DNA from: Candidatus Multivoradales bacterium
Lineage (GTDB): Bacteria; Acidobacteriota; Thermoanaerobaculia; Multivoradales; Multivoraceae
Assembly: GCA_965223325.1 (NCBI GenBank)
Contig: CBDCWI010000002.1
Location: 2,592,001 to 2,656,000 of the forward strand
Reading direction: 5' to 3'
DNA length: 64,000 bases
Both the position numbers and the translations under genes were made by a program. The number at the start of each line of letters is the position of its first letter. Position 1 is the first letter of the stretch. Of this stretch, positions 44,274-54,648 are shown one piece after another. A model generated the notes under the pieces. It worked only from the letters and a program-made list of their open reading frames with translations, searched no databases and had not been told where the DNA came from.

Positions 44274-46745
44274 ATGAGCGAGATCTGGAAAGTCGCGAGG
44301 CGGCTCGTGGAGCGACGACCCCTAAACAGCATCGCCACGGTGATCATCCTCGCCATGGCGCTTGCTCTCGTACTTCCCACCTACAGCCTTCGTGACGGCG
44401 CACTCGACCGTGGGCTCCCGGTTCCCAACGGCAAGCGCATCGTCGCCCTGTCGTCGGGCGCGAGCCCGCTCTATCCGTCACGCATCGACGACTTCGCCTT
44501 CCTCGCTGCCGAAATGGAGTCGCTCGAGGAACTGGCGGCCTTTCGAAGCTTCAACACTTCGGTAACTCCCACCTCAGGCGTTACCGAGGTCCTGCACGGC
44601 TCGTACGTCTCCCACAACACCTTCTCGATGTTGGGAGTCGAACCGCGACTCGGGCGGCCATTCGACGCTGCCGACGCCCTTCCCAGCCAACCCGACGTCG
44701 CGGCGATCAGCTATGACTTCTGGCAGAGGCGCTTCGGCGGTGATCCAGGTGTTCTCGGGAGCGAAATCATCGTCAACCGCGCGCCGGCCTCGATCGTTGC
44801 CGTCATGCCAAGAGACTTTGCCTTCCCCATTCGACAAGACATCTGGGGTGTCCTGCGCGCCGAGGGGCGTTCCTGGTCGAAGTCCGGGGTGTTCGTGATT
44901 GGGCGTTTGCCCGCCGAGGGAGAGGCCGCGATGGAAACCGCGCGGGCCGAGTTCACAGCCCTCGTTCCGGCTCTCAACGAAGCCCTACCGAACCCAACCG
45001 ACGGCAGCTACCCAGAACGCCAGGCCTATCTCGCATCCTTCGTCGAGTCCGTCATGGACCCGGGTACCGTACGCGCGCTGCGCCTGATGACCTTTGCCTC
45101 GCTGTTCGTCTTTCTGGCGGCGTGCGTCAACGTTGCACAACTGCGCGCCGCCTCGGCGCTCGGCAACCTTCACCAGACCGCGATTCGCCGCTCGCTGGGA
45201 GCGAGCACTTTCGCCATCGTGCGCGAGCACCTGCTCGAGGTCTGCTTGCTGGTACTCGCCGCCGCCTCGCTTGGCCTCCTCGCGTCGTGGGCGGTGATTC
45301 GAGTGCTCGGCGACGTCGTCATCAACGGCAGCCCGCTCCAGAACCTGTTCTGGGTGGACCTCCGCCTGGACACTGAGATCATTGCCTTGGCCCTGGGTCT
45401 CGCTCTCGCCGGCGCAGCTCTCGGTGGCCTCCTACCGGCCCTCCTCGCAGCCCGCGAGGGCAAGAAGGTCCGAGCAATCGGCGGTTTCGCTGGACGAGCC
45501 TCGGGCTCGAAGAAACGCGCTGCCATCGCCAAGACATTCATCGCCTCCGAGGTCGCGCTGACCCTGGTCCTACTGGCCGGAACGGCCGTCATGGTGCGCG
45601 CCTCGATCGATCTCCTGCAGCCGAGGCTCGGCTTCAACCCCGACAACCTGGCTAGCGCCGTGATCTCGTCGTATCACGCTGAATGGCAGAGTGACGAGGA
45701 AGCCGCCGCATTCTCCAAACGCTTCATCGAAACCCTGAACGCCGATCCCGAAGTCACGAGTGCTGCCTGGGGCAACGCACCCTGGCACTCCTGGACCCGC
45801 GTTCCAATGTCGGTCGAAGGCGAAACCTGGGATACGCCCAGTCCCACTACCCACGTGCAGCCCGGTGCACCCATCTTCTCTGACATGCCGAGAGTCAAAC
45901 GCCTCTCCGGCAACGTGCAGTACCTCGAAACCGTAGGCCTCGAGCTCCTCTACGGGCAACGGATCGAACCCCGTGACCACACCAGCGCCCCAGGCGACGA
46001 GGGCGGTTTCGCCAGAGCAATGGTCTCGAAGTCGCTAGCCGAAGATCGCTTCGGCGGACAGCCCCTGGGCAAGACCTTCACCCTGCACAGCAACAACCAG
46101 CAGGAGACATACCAGATCGTCGGCGTCGTCGCCGACCTCGGAACCGACCACGAAGCTTTGGTCCAGAACCCAGAGCACGCCGTCTTCACTGAAGGCCGGG
46201 CACAAGACGGGGGCTTGATCACCCTGCGCACAAGAACCGGAAGAGCCGCCCTCGCCCCGATCATCAACCGCGCCATCGCCAAGGTCGACCGCCGCGTCGG
46301 CAGCCCCCGTCAAGAAACCTTCGACCAGGCCTTCGCCGCCCAGACCTGGGTCCAGAGAAGCCTCACCCAGGCCTTCAGCACCTTCGGCCTCGCCACCCTC
46401 ATCCTCGTCATCGCCGGCATCTACGCCCTGCTCTCGAGCATGGTGCACCGCCGCACACGCGAGTTCGGAATTCGCACCGCCCTGGGCGCCCTACCGCGAA
46501 ACCTCAGACAACTCGTCCTCAGCGACCTCACCACTGGCCTCACGATCGGTCTCCTCACCGGCACCGCCATCTGCATCGGCCTGGCCCGCTACCTCGAGCC
46601 CGTCGCCCTCGGCTATCACCAACACCTCGCAACCGCCGTAGCCATCGCCGCCCTCCTCCTACTCGCCGCCTCACTCCTCGCCAGCCTCAAACCCTTGAGA
46701 CGCGCGACAAGGATCGACCCAGCCGACTGCATGCGTGCCGAGTAG
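44274..46745 (+). CDS. duplicated MacB/FtsX-type ABC permease (ADOP-like)
   Basis: ISYDFWQRRFGGDP, ACVNVA, IRRSLGAS, EVALTLVLLAG, RTREFGIRTALGA, RATRIDP. Confidence 0.88.
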   Translation: MSEIWKVARRLVERRPLNSIATVIILAMALALVLPTYSLRDGALDRGLPVPNGKRIVALSSGASPLYPSRIDDFAFLAAEMESLEELAAFRSFNTSVTPTSGVTEVLHGSYVSHNTFSMLGVEPRLGRPFDAADALPSQPDVAAISYDFWQRRFGGDPGVLGSEIIVNRAPASIVAVMPRDFAFPIRQDIWGVLRAEGRSWSKSGVFVIGRLPAEGEAAMETARAEFTALVPALNEALPNPTDGSYPERQAYLASFVESVMDPGTVRALRLMTFASLFVFLAACVNVAQLRAASALGNLHQTAIRRSLGASTFAIVREHLLEVCLLVLAAASLGLLASWAVIRVLGDVVINGSPLQNLFWVDLRLDTEIIALALGLALAGAALGGLLPALLAAREGKKVRAIGGFAGRASGSKKRAAIAKTFIASEVALTLVLLAGTAVMVRASIDLLQPRLGFNPDNLASAVISSYHAEWQSDEEAAAFSKRFIETLNADPEVTSAAWGNAPWHSWTRVPMSVEGETWDTPSPTTHVQPGAPIFSDMPRVKRLSGNVQYLETVGLELLYGQRIEPRDHTSAPGDEGGFARAMVSKSLAEDRFGGQPLGKTFTLHSNNQQETYQIVGVVADLGTDHEALVQNPEHAVFTEGRAQDGGLITLRTRTGRAALAPIINRAIAKVDRRVGSPRQETFDQAFAAQTWVQRSLTQAFSTFGLATLILVIAGIYALLSSMVHRRTREFGIRTALGALPRNLRQLVLSDLTTGLTIGLLTGTAICIGLARYLEPVALGYHQHLATAVAIAALLLLAASLLASLKPLRRATRIDPADCMRAE

Positions 46746-46897
46746 GGCGAGCCAACCAACGGACTCATGGAACGAGCATCGTAACCATCCACAACCATCC
46801 ACACGGCGCCAGGTCAACGCCCCCACAAGCGCGATGAGCCGAAGGCTCGAGCGCACCCCAGACCCCAACGAAGAGCGTTCCGGCTAGGACACCGAGA

Positions 46898-47042
46898 GGT
46901 TGAGGGCCTGAGGCATGCGCCAGGGAGCGGTCAGCCGCAAACCATCAGCGCCAACAACGCAACGCCACCAAGGCCCAACCAAACGAGCACACCGGCCCGG
47001 CCCAGACCCGGCGCGGAAGGCGCATGCCTCCGGTCCTCAACC
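46898..47042. repeat. 24-bp imperfect inverted repeat enclosing 97 bp
   Basis: GGTTGAGGGCCTGAGGCATGCGCC (46898-46921) and GGCGCATGCCTCCGGTCCTCAACC (47019-47042), 22/24 complementary. Confidence 0.75.
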
Positions 47043-47137
47043 GGCGACGACGCCCCACACCTCCGTCCACCTCACTCAGTCTCTCTCTCTCAACTCCCTC
47101 TCTCCTCCCAGATCTCCCGATCCCAATCTCCAACCGA

Positions 47138-47596
47138 TCAAGACGAGGAACGCTCGCAGTCCTGCTCGCAGTACTGTTTGACGGCGTCCATATCCGACTC
47201 AATAGCCCGCGTCACCATGCCCTTGATCAACGGGTTCACCAGTCGCGCAATGAACTTGTGCGGCCGCGCGTCCATCACCATCTCGAGCTCTGATGACTCG
47301 GCTCCACTCGGGCTCACGGTGAAAACCGTGTCCCAGATCGTGCCACCGGTGTCCGACACCATGCGGACTCGTTCATTCGGAACGTACTCCTTCACTTCGA
47401 GCTCCGTCGACGCCTCGCGGCCATTCATCACTCGGGTTTCGCGAAAGCGTGTACCCACGCCGCGCTTCTCCTCGGTGAGAAACTCGATCTCCTTGATCGA
47501 TGGTGACGCTTGCTTGAAGCTCTCGATGTGAGCGACGGCATCGAAGACACGGTCAACGGGCGCATCGATCGTGCGCCGAACGGTAGTCCGAGACAT
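47138..47596 (-). CDS. SRPBCC (polyketide cyclase-like) family protein
   Basis: TIDAPVDRVF, GVGTRFRETR, C-terminal helix DMDAVKQYCE; AGGAGAG RBS. Confidence 0.88.
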   Translation of the reverse strand: MSRTTVRRTIDAPVDRVFDAVAHIESFKQASPSIKEIEFLTEEKRGVGTRFRETRVMNGREASTELEVKEYVPNERVRMVSDTGGTIWDTVFTVSPSGAESSELEMVMDARPHKFIARLVNPLIKGMVTRAIESDMDAVKQYCEQDCERSSS

Positions 47597-47648
47597 GGCC
47601 TCTCCTACAGGTAGTTTTCGAGGGAAGACCTGTCATGATCTCATCATC

Positions 47649-48545
47649 ATGCGAAACCCCGCTCTTGCCCCGTATGCCAAGCGTTTGGCTATGCTTTCCG
47701 GCCCGCTCCTCGCCCTCCTCGGCGCCACCTCCGGGCTGGCGCAGCGCCCCACGGCCGAAGACATCGAACGGCAGCTCGCCACTCCGCGACCCATCGAGGC
47801 GGTCGACAGTGTGTGGATCGAAGAGCTGACCTGGATGGAAGTTCGCGACGCCATCAAGGCCGGTAAAACCACCGCCATCGTGGCTTCGGGCGGCATCGAA
47901 CAGAACGGCCCGTATGTCGTGACGGGCAAACACAACGTGCTGATCGAAGGCACCTGTGAAGCCATCGCCCGACGCCTTGGCGACGCCCTGTGTGCACCCA
48001 CCCTTCGGCTGGTTCCCGAAGGCGGGATCGACCCGCCCTCGGGGCACATGCACTACCCCGGCACGTTCAGCGTCCGCGACGAAACCTACGAAGCGATTCT
48101 CGAAGACATGGCGGGAAGTCTTCGCGCCCATGGCTTTCAACACATCGCATTCCTCGGTGACAGCGGCGGCAATCAGGCTGGCATGAAGAAGGTCGCAGCG
48201 CTTCTGACCGAACGGTGGAAAGACACGGAGTCACCCACCGCGGTGCATTTCATCGCCGAGTACTACGACCACCCTGGCCTCTTGGCCTACCTCGAGAACG
48301 ACCTGGGCATCAAGCAACCCGAGAACGACGGCCTGCACGACGACTACGCCATCAACTCGATGCTGATGGTCGTCGACCCAACCAGCGTTCGCTACGAACA
48401 ACGCAAGAAGGCCGGCAAGGCAACCATCAACGGCGTCGCGCTCGATCCAATCGAGGAGACCCTCGCGATCGGTCGCAGGCTGACTCAGAGACGCGTCGAC
48501 CTCGCCGTCGCCAGCATCGAGAAGGCACGGTCGAGTACCAGGTAG
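47649..48545 (+). CDS. creatininase family protein (exported)
   Basis: EELTWMEV, GGIEQNGP...GKHN, YPGT, GDSGGNQ; N-terminal signal peptide. Confidence 0.88.
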   Translation: MRNPALAPYAKRLAMLSGPLLALLGATSGLAQRPTAEDIERQLATPRPIEAVDSVWIEELTWMEVRDAIKAGKTTAIVASGGIEQNGPYVVTGKHNVLIEGTCEAIARRLGDALCAPTLRLVPEGGIDPPSGHMHYPGTFSVRDETYEAILEDMAGSLRAHGFQHIAFLGDSGGNQAGMKKVAALLTERWKDTESPTAVHFIAEYYDHPGLLAYLENDLGIKQPENDGLHDDYAINSMLMVVDPTSVRYEQRKKAGKATINGVALDPIEETLAIGRRLTQRRVDLAVASIEKARSSTR

Positions 48546-48571
48546 CCGTCGCCCGCGCCGCCTCTTTCCCG

Positions 48572-50608
48572 TCAGCTACCGAACGACCGAATGACCTCGA
48601 CAAGACGGGCGATCTGTTCTTCGGAGAGGGACTCTCCCCACTCAGGCATCACGTCGCTCAAACCGTGTTCGGCACCACCGTCCCGAATGACAGCCGCAAT
48701 GAGCTCGTCGCTGACACTCGCCTGCCAGCTGCGATCGCTGAAGTCGCGCGGCTGCACGCTCTCCTCGAGTAGATACTGGCCGTCGACGCCGTGGCAGCGG
48801 CTGCAAAGCAGGCCGTACATGTCTTCGCCGGTGGCTACTGCTTCGAGCAGCGGCGCATTCGACCGGCGCAGCTCGTAGATCCCGCCCTTCCTTTTTGCCG
48901 ACGACAGCACCAAGAGGCGAATCCGATTGCCATAAGGAACCACGGCGCTGATCACTCCCAGACCTGGCGGCCGTACCGCAATGCGCTCGACTTCCCCACC
49001 GTCCAACTCGAGCGCAAAGACCTCTCCTGAGACGCAGTCGCCAAAGATGTAGCGACCGTAGAGAGCAGCCGAGCCACGGCTTCGATCGACGAACCCTCCG
49101 AGCGCACACGCGCGCAGTCCGTCGTGCGGGTACTCATAGAGTGGGAAGCGAAGCTCACCGGGCAGGCTCGCCACATCGTCTAGCAGCTCCCGGTTCCAGG
49201 CCTCCCGGTTGACTCGCGAGCCCTCGTACAACGCCCAGCCGTAGTTGCCCCCACTTTCGACGACGTTGATCTCCTCGATCAACTCCTGTCCGACATCCGC
49301 CGCCCACAGGCGGCCATCGGCCTCGTCGAACGAGAACCGAAAGGCGTTTCTGAACCCTATGGCGTAGAACTCCTCGAGTGCTTCGGCTTGGCCAACGAAC
49401 GGGTTCGAAAGAGGAATGCGGTAGCCCTTTGTGGTCCCGTCAACTGGCTGGCGCCCGATCGCCTTGCTCGCCGATGGATCGGTGCCGCCCCCAACATCAA
49501 GGCGAAGAATCCCGGTGTAGAAGTTCTTCGACAGCGTCTGGCTGTTCTCGAAGCTGTCGTTGACACCACCCTCGTCACCCATTCCAACGTACAGGTAGCC
49601 GTCCGGACCGAAAGCCAATCCACCACCGTTGTGCCAACCGTGACGGTTCAGCATCTCAATCAGAACCTGCTCGGCCCCGACGCGAAGCGGCTCGGCCGTG
49701 GTGATCGGGAACTGCGAGAGTCGAAAACTCGAGGCCGCGTCTTCCTCGGCAGTCATGTAGGTCAGCAGTAGCGCCTTCTGATCGGGCCGAATGGCAAAAC
49801 TGAAGGCACCACGTTCAGCGACAAGGTCACCAACCTCCGCGCGTAGATCGAGCACCGCATCGTGCGCTGGGTCCACACCGCCTCTGGAAAGACCGTTTTC
49901 GTCGACCGAAAGCAGAAGCCCGCTACGATCGAGAACCAGAAAACGTTGCGGCACGACGGGGTGGGCCTCGATCCACATCGGGTCGGTGATCACCAGGTCT
50001 TCCATCACCAGCTCGAAGGCCCAGGCCGAGGAGACCCCGCCGCGGGCTAAACGGGCGCTCTTGATCTCGTCTACGTAACCCAGGTAGGCGTCGTCGAACA
50101 GCACTGGCCGTGCCACCGACAGGACTGCTGCGAGAGCTGCAATCCACAGAATCGGCCAACGCAGAAGCCCGGAAACACCCGGCCACCCGGTGCCCGCGGT
50201 CTCGAGAGCCCTCCAGCGCACCACGCCCGAAACCAGGAACCCGCCAACGGCCACCAGTCCCACGAGAGCCGGGAGTTCGTTATGGCCCCAAGGCGCGGGG
50301 AAGAATGGCGCCGCAAAGGCTTTGTAGAGAAGAATCGCAGCGAAGTCAGCGAGCAATCCACGAACGGGTGCCTCGAACCGCCAACCGCACAGCGCGTCCA
50401 ACCGCCACCGGAAGCTAGCCAGGGCGCCAATCACGAAGCGCAACCCCGCCAGTGCGACGACGAACAGGGCGGCCAACGGAACAACCACCGGAACGTGCCG
50501 GACAAACACGAAAAGAGCGCTCGCAACGAGCGCACAGAACGCCAGGTGCAGCGCTCCAGCCAGGCCGGCCCGGAGAGGACTCGGCTGAGGATCGCGAAGG
50601 TAGGGCAA
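48572..50608 (-). CDS. PQQ-dependent sugar dehydrogenase (GSDH) with N-terminal TM region and C-terminal cytochrome c
   Basis: HNGGGLAFGPDGYLYVGMGD, YRIPLSNPF, GFRNAFRFSFD, DVGQ, GGNYGW; CSRCH and MPEW. Confidence 0.88.
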   Translation of the reverse strand: MPYLRDPQPSPLRAGLAGALHLAFCALVASALFVFVRHVPVVVPLAALFVVALAGLRFVIGALASFRWRLDALCGWRFEAPVRGLLADFAAILLYKAFAAPFFPAPWGHNELPALVGLVAVGGFLVSGVVRWRALETAGTGWPGVSGLLRWPILWIAALAAVLSVARPVLFDDAYLGYVDEIKSARLARGGVSSAWAFELVMEDLVITDPMWIEAHPVVPQRFLVLDRSGLLLSVDENGLSRGGVDPAHDAVLDLRAEVGDLVAERGAFSFAIRPDQKALLLTYMTAEEDAASSFRLSQFPITTAEPLRVGAEQVLIEMLNRHGWHNGGGLAFGPDGYLYVGMGDEGGVNDSFENSQTLSKNFYTGILRLDVGGGTDPSASKAIGRQPVDGTTKGYRIPLSNPFVGQAEALEEFYAIGFRNAFRFSFDEADGRLWAADVGQELIEEINVVESGGNYGWALYEGSRVNREAWNRELLDDVASLPGELRFPLYEYPHDGLRACALGGFVDRSRGSAALYGRYIFGDCVSGEVFALELDGGEVERIAVRPPGLGVISAVVPYGNRIRLLVLSSAKRKGGIYELRRSNAPLLEAVATGEDMYGLLCSRCHGVDGQYLLEESVQPRDFSDRSWQASVSDELIAAVIRDGGAEHGLSDVMPEWGESLSEEQIARLVEVIRSFGS

Positions 50609-50742
50609 AGAGATGACTCAGATTATCCCGGATCACGCGGCGTTGTCGTTCGACCTCGCTCGCCCCCCGGGATGGGATTGCAACCCCGAGAATACCGTTT
50701 CGAGGCCCCACAGATCCGTTCCAGGCCTCGAGACGGAATCCC

Positions 50743-52116
50743 TCACCGCCGAGAAACGACGACAGCCTGCGCCTGGCTGGTCTTGACACGCAACAGGTCT
50801 CGCGTGGGATCGATCAAACGCCTCGCGGCCCGGCCGTTCATGGAGACCCAGCAGTCGGCGTAGGCGACTCCGTCTTCATGCTCCAGGTGAGCGGCGATCC
50901 TCTGCGCGCCCTCGATGATCATCGTTGGCTGATAGGCCATGCGCTCGGCTTGCAGCGGCGTGAACCAGTCCTCGGGCAGAACCGAGCGACAGTTTGGCGA
51001 AAGCTCCGGAGCGGTCGTCGGACCGTCGCAGTAGTGGTAGCGCAGGCTGCCGGACTTCTCGTTCAACATCACCCGCCACGAGAAGCGGTAGCCGGCCTCG
51101 CTCCAATTGACGTCGTCGGAGAGCGCCAGATGGCGCAGCGGCAGAACCAACTGCACAACGAGCAAGAGACCGACAGCGAAGGCGCCGCGTCCAGAAGGAA
51201 CCCAGGGAACTGAAAAGAGGGATCGGCTGTGACCGGAACGTCCCCTCAATGCTCGCAACCGTGCCAACACGTTACGCGGCCAACTCGGTTCGAAGAACGT
51301 GGTCGCTCCCAGAACCATCATCCACGGAAAAATGCCGAGTCGTGGAAACAGTGCCCAGGTCAACGAGTGAAAGACCACCACCGCGACGAAGGCCGGAACC
51401 CTTAGGCGCCGCCATGAGAGCGCAAAGGCCACCGAGAGATCGAAGATCGCCCCGGCCCAACTCATCAGAAGGGGCAACGCACCCAGGCCGAGCAGCGCGC
51501 CGAAGGGCCAACCATCGGCGCGCTGCGGTAGCCAGATGGCGAGCGGCTGACCGGCCAGCCAATCCGGGTTGAGCTTGGCGACGCCGGCAAAGAAGTAGAC
51601 CAGGCCGACCTGGGTGCGCACCGCAAAGAGCAGCCATCGGGGAACCAGCGAGCCTCTCCCATCACGCGTCAGCCGTGGCACCTGGCCACTCGCCAGGAGA
51701 AGGAACACGGCGACGATGAGGAAGTAGTGGTGGTTGACGTAGTTGGTTGGATCGAGCAGTTCGACCCAACCGAAGATCACGACGAACACAACCATCGCGA
51801 TGCGGCAGAGCCCCGCACTCACCCAGCTGCCAATCGCAATGAAGAGTGCGGCGAGCGCCGCCAGTGCAAACAGCGGTTCTACCCAAGACGGATCGGGTCG
51901 CGGAATCCATGCGAAGCCGGGGTAGCTGAGATGGATCGGCGACTGGGCGAACTGGCGCGCCGCCCAGCCATAGAACAGGTAGCGTGAAAGCAGGACGCAG
52001 CCCAGCACACCCAGGGCGAGACGAAACACCGCCAATGACGCTCCGTCGACCGGTTGGCAGAGGTGCCCTCGCAGCTCCGTCAACCTGATGCCGCGCCACC
52101 TCGAGGTGCCAATCAT
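50743..52116 (-). CDS. HTTM domain / vitamin K-dependent gamma-carboxylase-like membrane protein
   Basis: SLAVFR, YVNHHY, VYFFAGVAKLNPDWL, GIFPWMM, YRFSWRVMLNEK, SMNGR...IDP. Confidence 0.9.
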   Translation of the reverse strand: MIGTSRWRGIRLTELRGHLCQPVDGASLAVFRLALGVLGCVLLSRYLFYGWAARQFAQSPIHLSYPGFAWIPRPDPSWVEPLFALAALAALFIAIGSWVSAGLCRIAMVVFVVIFGWVELLDPTNYVNHHYFLIVAVFLLLASGQVPRLTRDGRGSLVPRWLLFAVRTQVGLVYFFAGVAKLNPDWLAGQPLAIWLPQRADGWPFGALLGLGALPLLMSWAGAIFDLSVAFALSWRRLRVPAFVAVVVFHSLTWALFPRLGIFPWMMVLGATTFFEPSWPRNVLARLRALRGRSGHSRSLFSVPWVPSGRGAFAVGLLLVVQLVLPLRHLALSDDVNWSEAGYRFSWRVMLNEKSGSLRYHYCDGPTTAPELSPNCRSVLPEDWFTPLQAERMAYQPTMIIEGAQRIAAHLEHEDGVAYADCWVSMNGRAARRLIDPTRDLLRVKTSQAQAVVVSRR

Positions 52117-53219
52117 CCGGTATCGCCGTCAGCGTCGCTCCACCCGACCGAGACCCCGAGCACGCTGACCAGTTCGGTCGCCACGACACGGTGGAGCTCA
52201 TCGAACGCCCGGTAGAGGCTCTCGAGCGCCGGCTGGTTCTCCGCCTCAGTCAGGTCGACGCCAACCGGCAGCTCGTCGACCGCCGCCCGGGTGCTCGAGA
52301 GGGTCTCGGTAACGAGCAGACCCGTTGCGGGAGCGACCTGGCCCACCAGATCGAACAGTCCGGCCGAAGAACCCGCTGGGTCGTCGGCGGATCGCGACCG
52401 ATAGATCGCATCGAACGCGTCGAGGAGCGCCTCGAGGTCGAGGCGATCGGCCCCCGCCGCCCCTTGGCCGAGAGTCAGTGTCTGCTGCTCTCTGAGTGCC
52501 GGAAGCAGTTCGCGGTCGGTGGTTTCGCGGAGCGCAAAAACCAAGCCGCGCACCAGTCGACCGAGGGCTTCGTTGCTTTCATAAGAGACGCTCCCCCGCC
52601 CCGCCAGGCGACCGACATAGTCCGTCCGCCACTCACTGGTCAGTTCGGCGGCTTCGTTGGCGATGACCGCGGTCGCCGCGATCAACAGATCGCACGAGCG
52701 GCTACCGGCAGTGAGGGTCTGGGCCCGCTGACCGAACAGGAGCTCCTCGACGACCCCTAGCCCTCGGGAACTGGCCGGCCAGCGCGTGCCCACCCGGTCG
52801 GGGTCTATCGGCTGGACGTCTTCGTCGAGTAGCTCCACAAGGCGCTCGTGCGACACCGGCCGCCAGTCGACCAGCGATAGGGTGCGCCGAGCATCGAACG
52901 GACCGTGCGACTGCAGGCGCACCGGAATCCAGTCACGGCGCGCCGTGCGCCAGGCCTCGCGGACCCGGTCGAGGTCGGCGCCCGTTCCCTGGGCTCGCGA
53001 ACAAACCTCCGAAGCCTGTTCGGCGAGATCTGCGCTGCTGGCTTCGAACGCTTCGTGAGCCGGCAGTAGGACCGCTTCGGCAAGGCCGCGCACGACATCC
53101 TGGCGGGTCGGTCGCGCACTCGTCTCGACAGGCTGGCATCCCACGATAGAGAGCGTCACCGCAAACGGCACGGCTAGAGAGCGCGCGAGGCTGGTACCGG
53201 CTCTTGCAGGCCTGGTCAA
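52113..53219 (-). CDS. imelysin-like lipoprotein
   Basis: Lipobox IVGC, REAWRTAR, VDWRP, RGLGVVEELLF, C-terminal LGVSVGWSDADGD; TTG 53219 with GGGAGG. Confidence 0.85.
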   Translation of the reverse strand: MTRPARAGTSLARSLAVPFAVTLSIVGCQPVETSARPTRQDVVRGLAEAVLLPAHEAFEASSADLAEQASEVCSRAQGTGADLDRVREAWRTARRDWIPVRLQSHGPFDARRTLSLVDWRPVSHERLVELLDEDVQPIDPDRVGTRWPASSRGLGVVEELLFGQRAQTLTAGSRSCDLLIAATAVIANEAAELTSEWRTDYVGRLAGRGSVSYESNEALGRLVRGLVFALRETTDRELLPALREQQTLTLGQGAAGADRLDLEALLDAFDAIYRSRSADDPAGSSAGLFDLVGQVAPATGLLVTETLSSTRAAVDELPVGVDLTEAENQPALESLYRAFDELHRVVATELVSVLGVSVGWSDADGDTG

Positions 53220-53235
53220 CTGAAGCCCTCCCCAC

Positions 53236-54642
53236 TCACAACGACGAGAGAAACTGGAGCAGGTCCGCCCGCTCCTCGCGCGCAAGATCGCGAAACCTGT
53301 CGCGCGAGGCTTCGGCTTCGCCGCCGTGCCAGAGAATCGCCTCGGTCAGATCACGGGCGCGGCCATCGTGGAGATAGCGCGTCTCGCCAGTGACGATCTC
53401 GGTCAGACCGATGCCCCACAGCGGCGTCGTGCGCCATTCTCGTCCGTTGGCCGCATGGTCCGGGCGGCCATCGGCAAGCTCATCGCCCATGTCGTGCAGC
53501 AACAAGTCGGTGAACGGGTGAATCGTCTGGTGACTGAGGGCTGCGATCTCGCTCTCTCCGGTTTCGAGAGTCGGCTGGTGGCACGTGCCGCAACCGGCAT
53601 CGATGAAGTGTCTGAAGCCACGCTGAGAAGACGGAGAGTCGAGGTCGCGTGCTAGCGGCACGGCCAGCATTCGAGAGTAGCGGAGCAGATGCTCGAAGCG
53701 CTGCGCCGGCACCTCAACCTCGCCCGGGGAGGCGCCAGAAGGCGCGGAAGCGCAAGCTGTCTGCACCGGGGGGCAGTTCGAGGTCGGGTTGAGCGGGCTG
53801 GTCAGACCGAGATCGTGCAGCAGCGCGTTCGCGATCTGCTCCTCGAGATCGGCGGCGTTGGCCTTCAAGCCGAAGCGGCCGACGCGCCCCGCGGGTCTGG
53901 ACCCGCTGGTCTCGAGACGGTTCAGGCGCCCCGAGATGCCGTCACCGTCGTTGTCATCGGGGTCCGCGAGCTCGAGGAGAGCTTCTTCGGGAACTGCCTC
54001 GAGCAGGCCAGCTCCGAACACCGGCGGCGCCAGGCGCGGCGAGTGCAGCGTTCCTTCGGGAAGCGCGCCGAACGCCATGTCGACAAACCGGTAGCGCGGT
54101 GCCATGAGCTCGTACGGTTCTCCGTCGGCCCACTCGCCGGTCACCGGAACGAGTTCGATCTCGACCCGGCCCTCGGCAGGTACACCGGGAATCGCTCGGT
54201 CCTGAAGCTGTCCACCGTAGAGAGGGCTCGGCCGCGCCGCTTCGCCGGTTTCGGTGACCGACAGCCGATGCAGAAGGCCGGGCTCTCGAGTCGAGCCAGG
54301 CATGCGACCCCGCCCATCGCGACCGTGACACGAAGAACACGCGGTGGCGTTGAAGGTCGGGCCGAGACCGTCGCGCGCTTCTGTCGAGGAGGGGGCGACG
54401 ACCCAGTTGCGATTGAAGAAGCTGTCGCCAATCTCGAAGGTGCGCCGATCTTCGAAGGACAGGCCGGGGATCGGCTGACTGAACGCCGCCGAGGTTGCGG
54501 CGAATACCGTTGCGGCCCCGCCGAGGTTTGCGCTGAGTGGCGGTAGCTCGACCGGACGGGCGCGACAGGCTTGGCAAAGGGCGAGCACAGAGGCCACCAC
54601 CAGGAGCGCCTTTGCGAGGTCTCGGAGTTGCAGGAGTGGCAC
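53236..54642 (-). CDS. di-heme oxidoreductase family (DHOR/DUF1111) protein
   Basis: DGLGPTFNATACSSCH, YGGQLQD, DPDDNDGDGISG, GCGTCH, TDLLLHDMG, WRTTPLWG, LHDGRAR. Confidence 0.92.
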   Translation of the reverse strand: MPLLQLRDLAKALLVVASVLALCQACRARPVELPPLSANLGGAATVFAATSAAFSQPIPGLSFEDRRTFEIGDSFFNRNWVVAPSSTEARDGLGPTFNATACSSCHGRDGRGRMPGSTREPGLLHRLSVTETGEAARPSPLYGGQLQDRAIPGVPAEGRVEIELVPVTGEWADGEPYELMAPRYRFVDMAFGALPEGTLHSPRLAPPVFGAGLLEAVPEEALLELADPDDNDGDGISGRLNRLETSGSRPAGRVGRFGLKANAADLEEQIANALLHDLGLTSPLNPTSNCPPVQTACASAPSGASPGEVEVPAQRFEHLLRYSRMLAVPLARDLDSPSSQRGFRHFIDAGCGTCHQPTLETGESEIAALSHQTIHPFTDLLLHDMGDELADGRPDHAANGREWRTTPLWGIGLTEIVTGETRYLHDGRARDLTEAILWHGGEAEASRDRFRDLAREERADLLQFLSSL

Positions 54643-54648
54643 GTGTCC

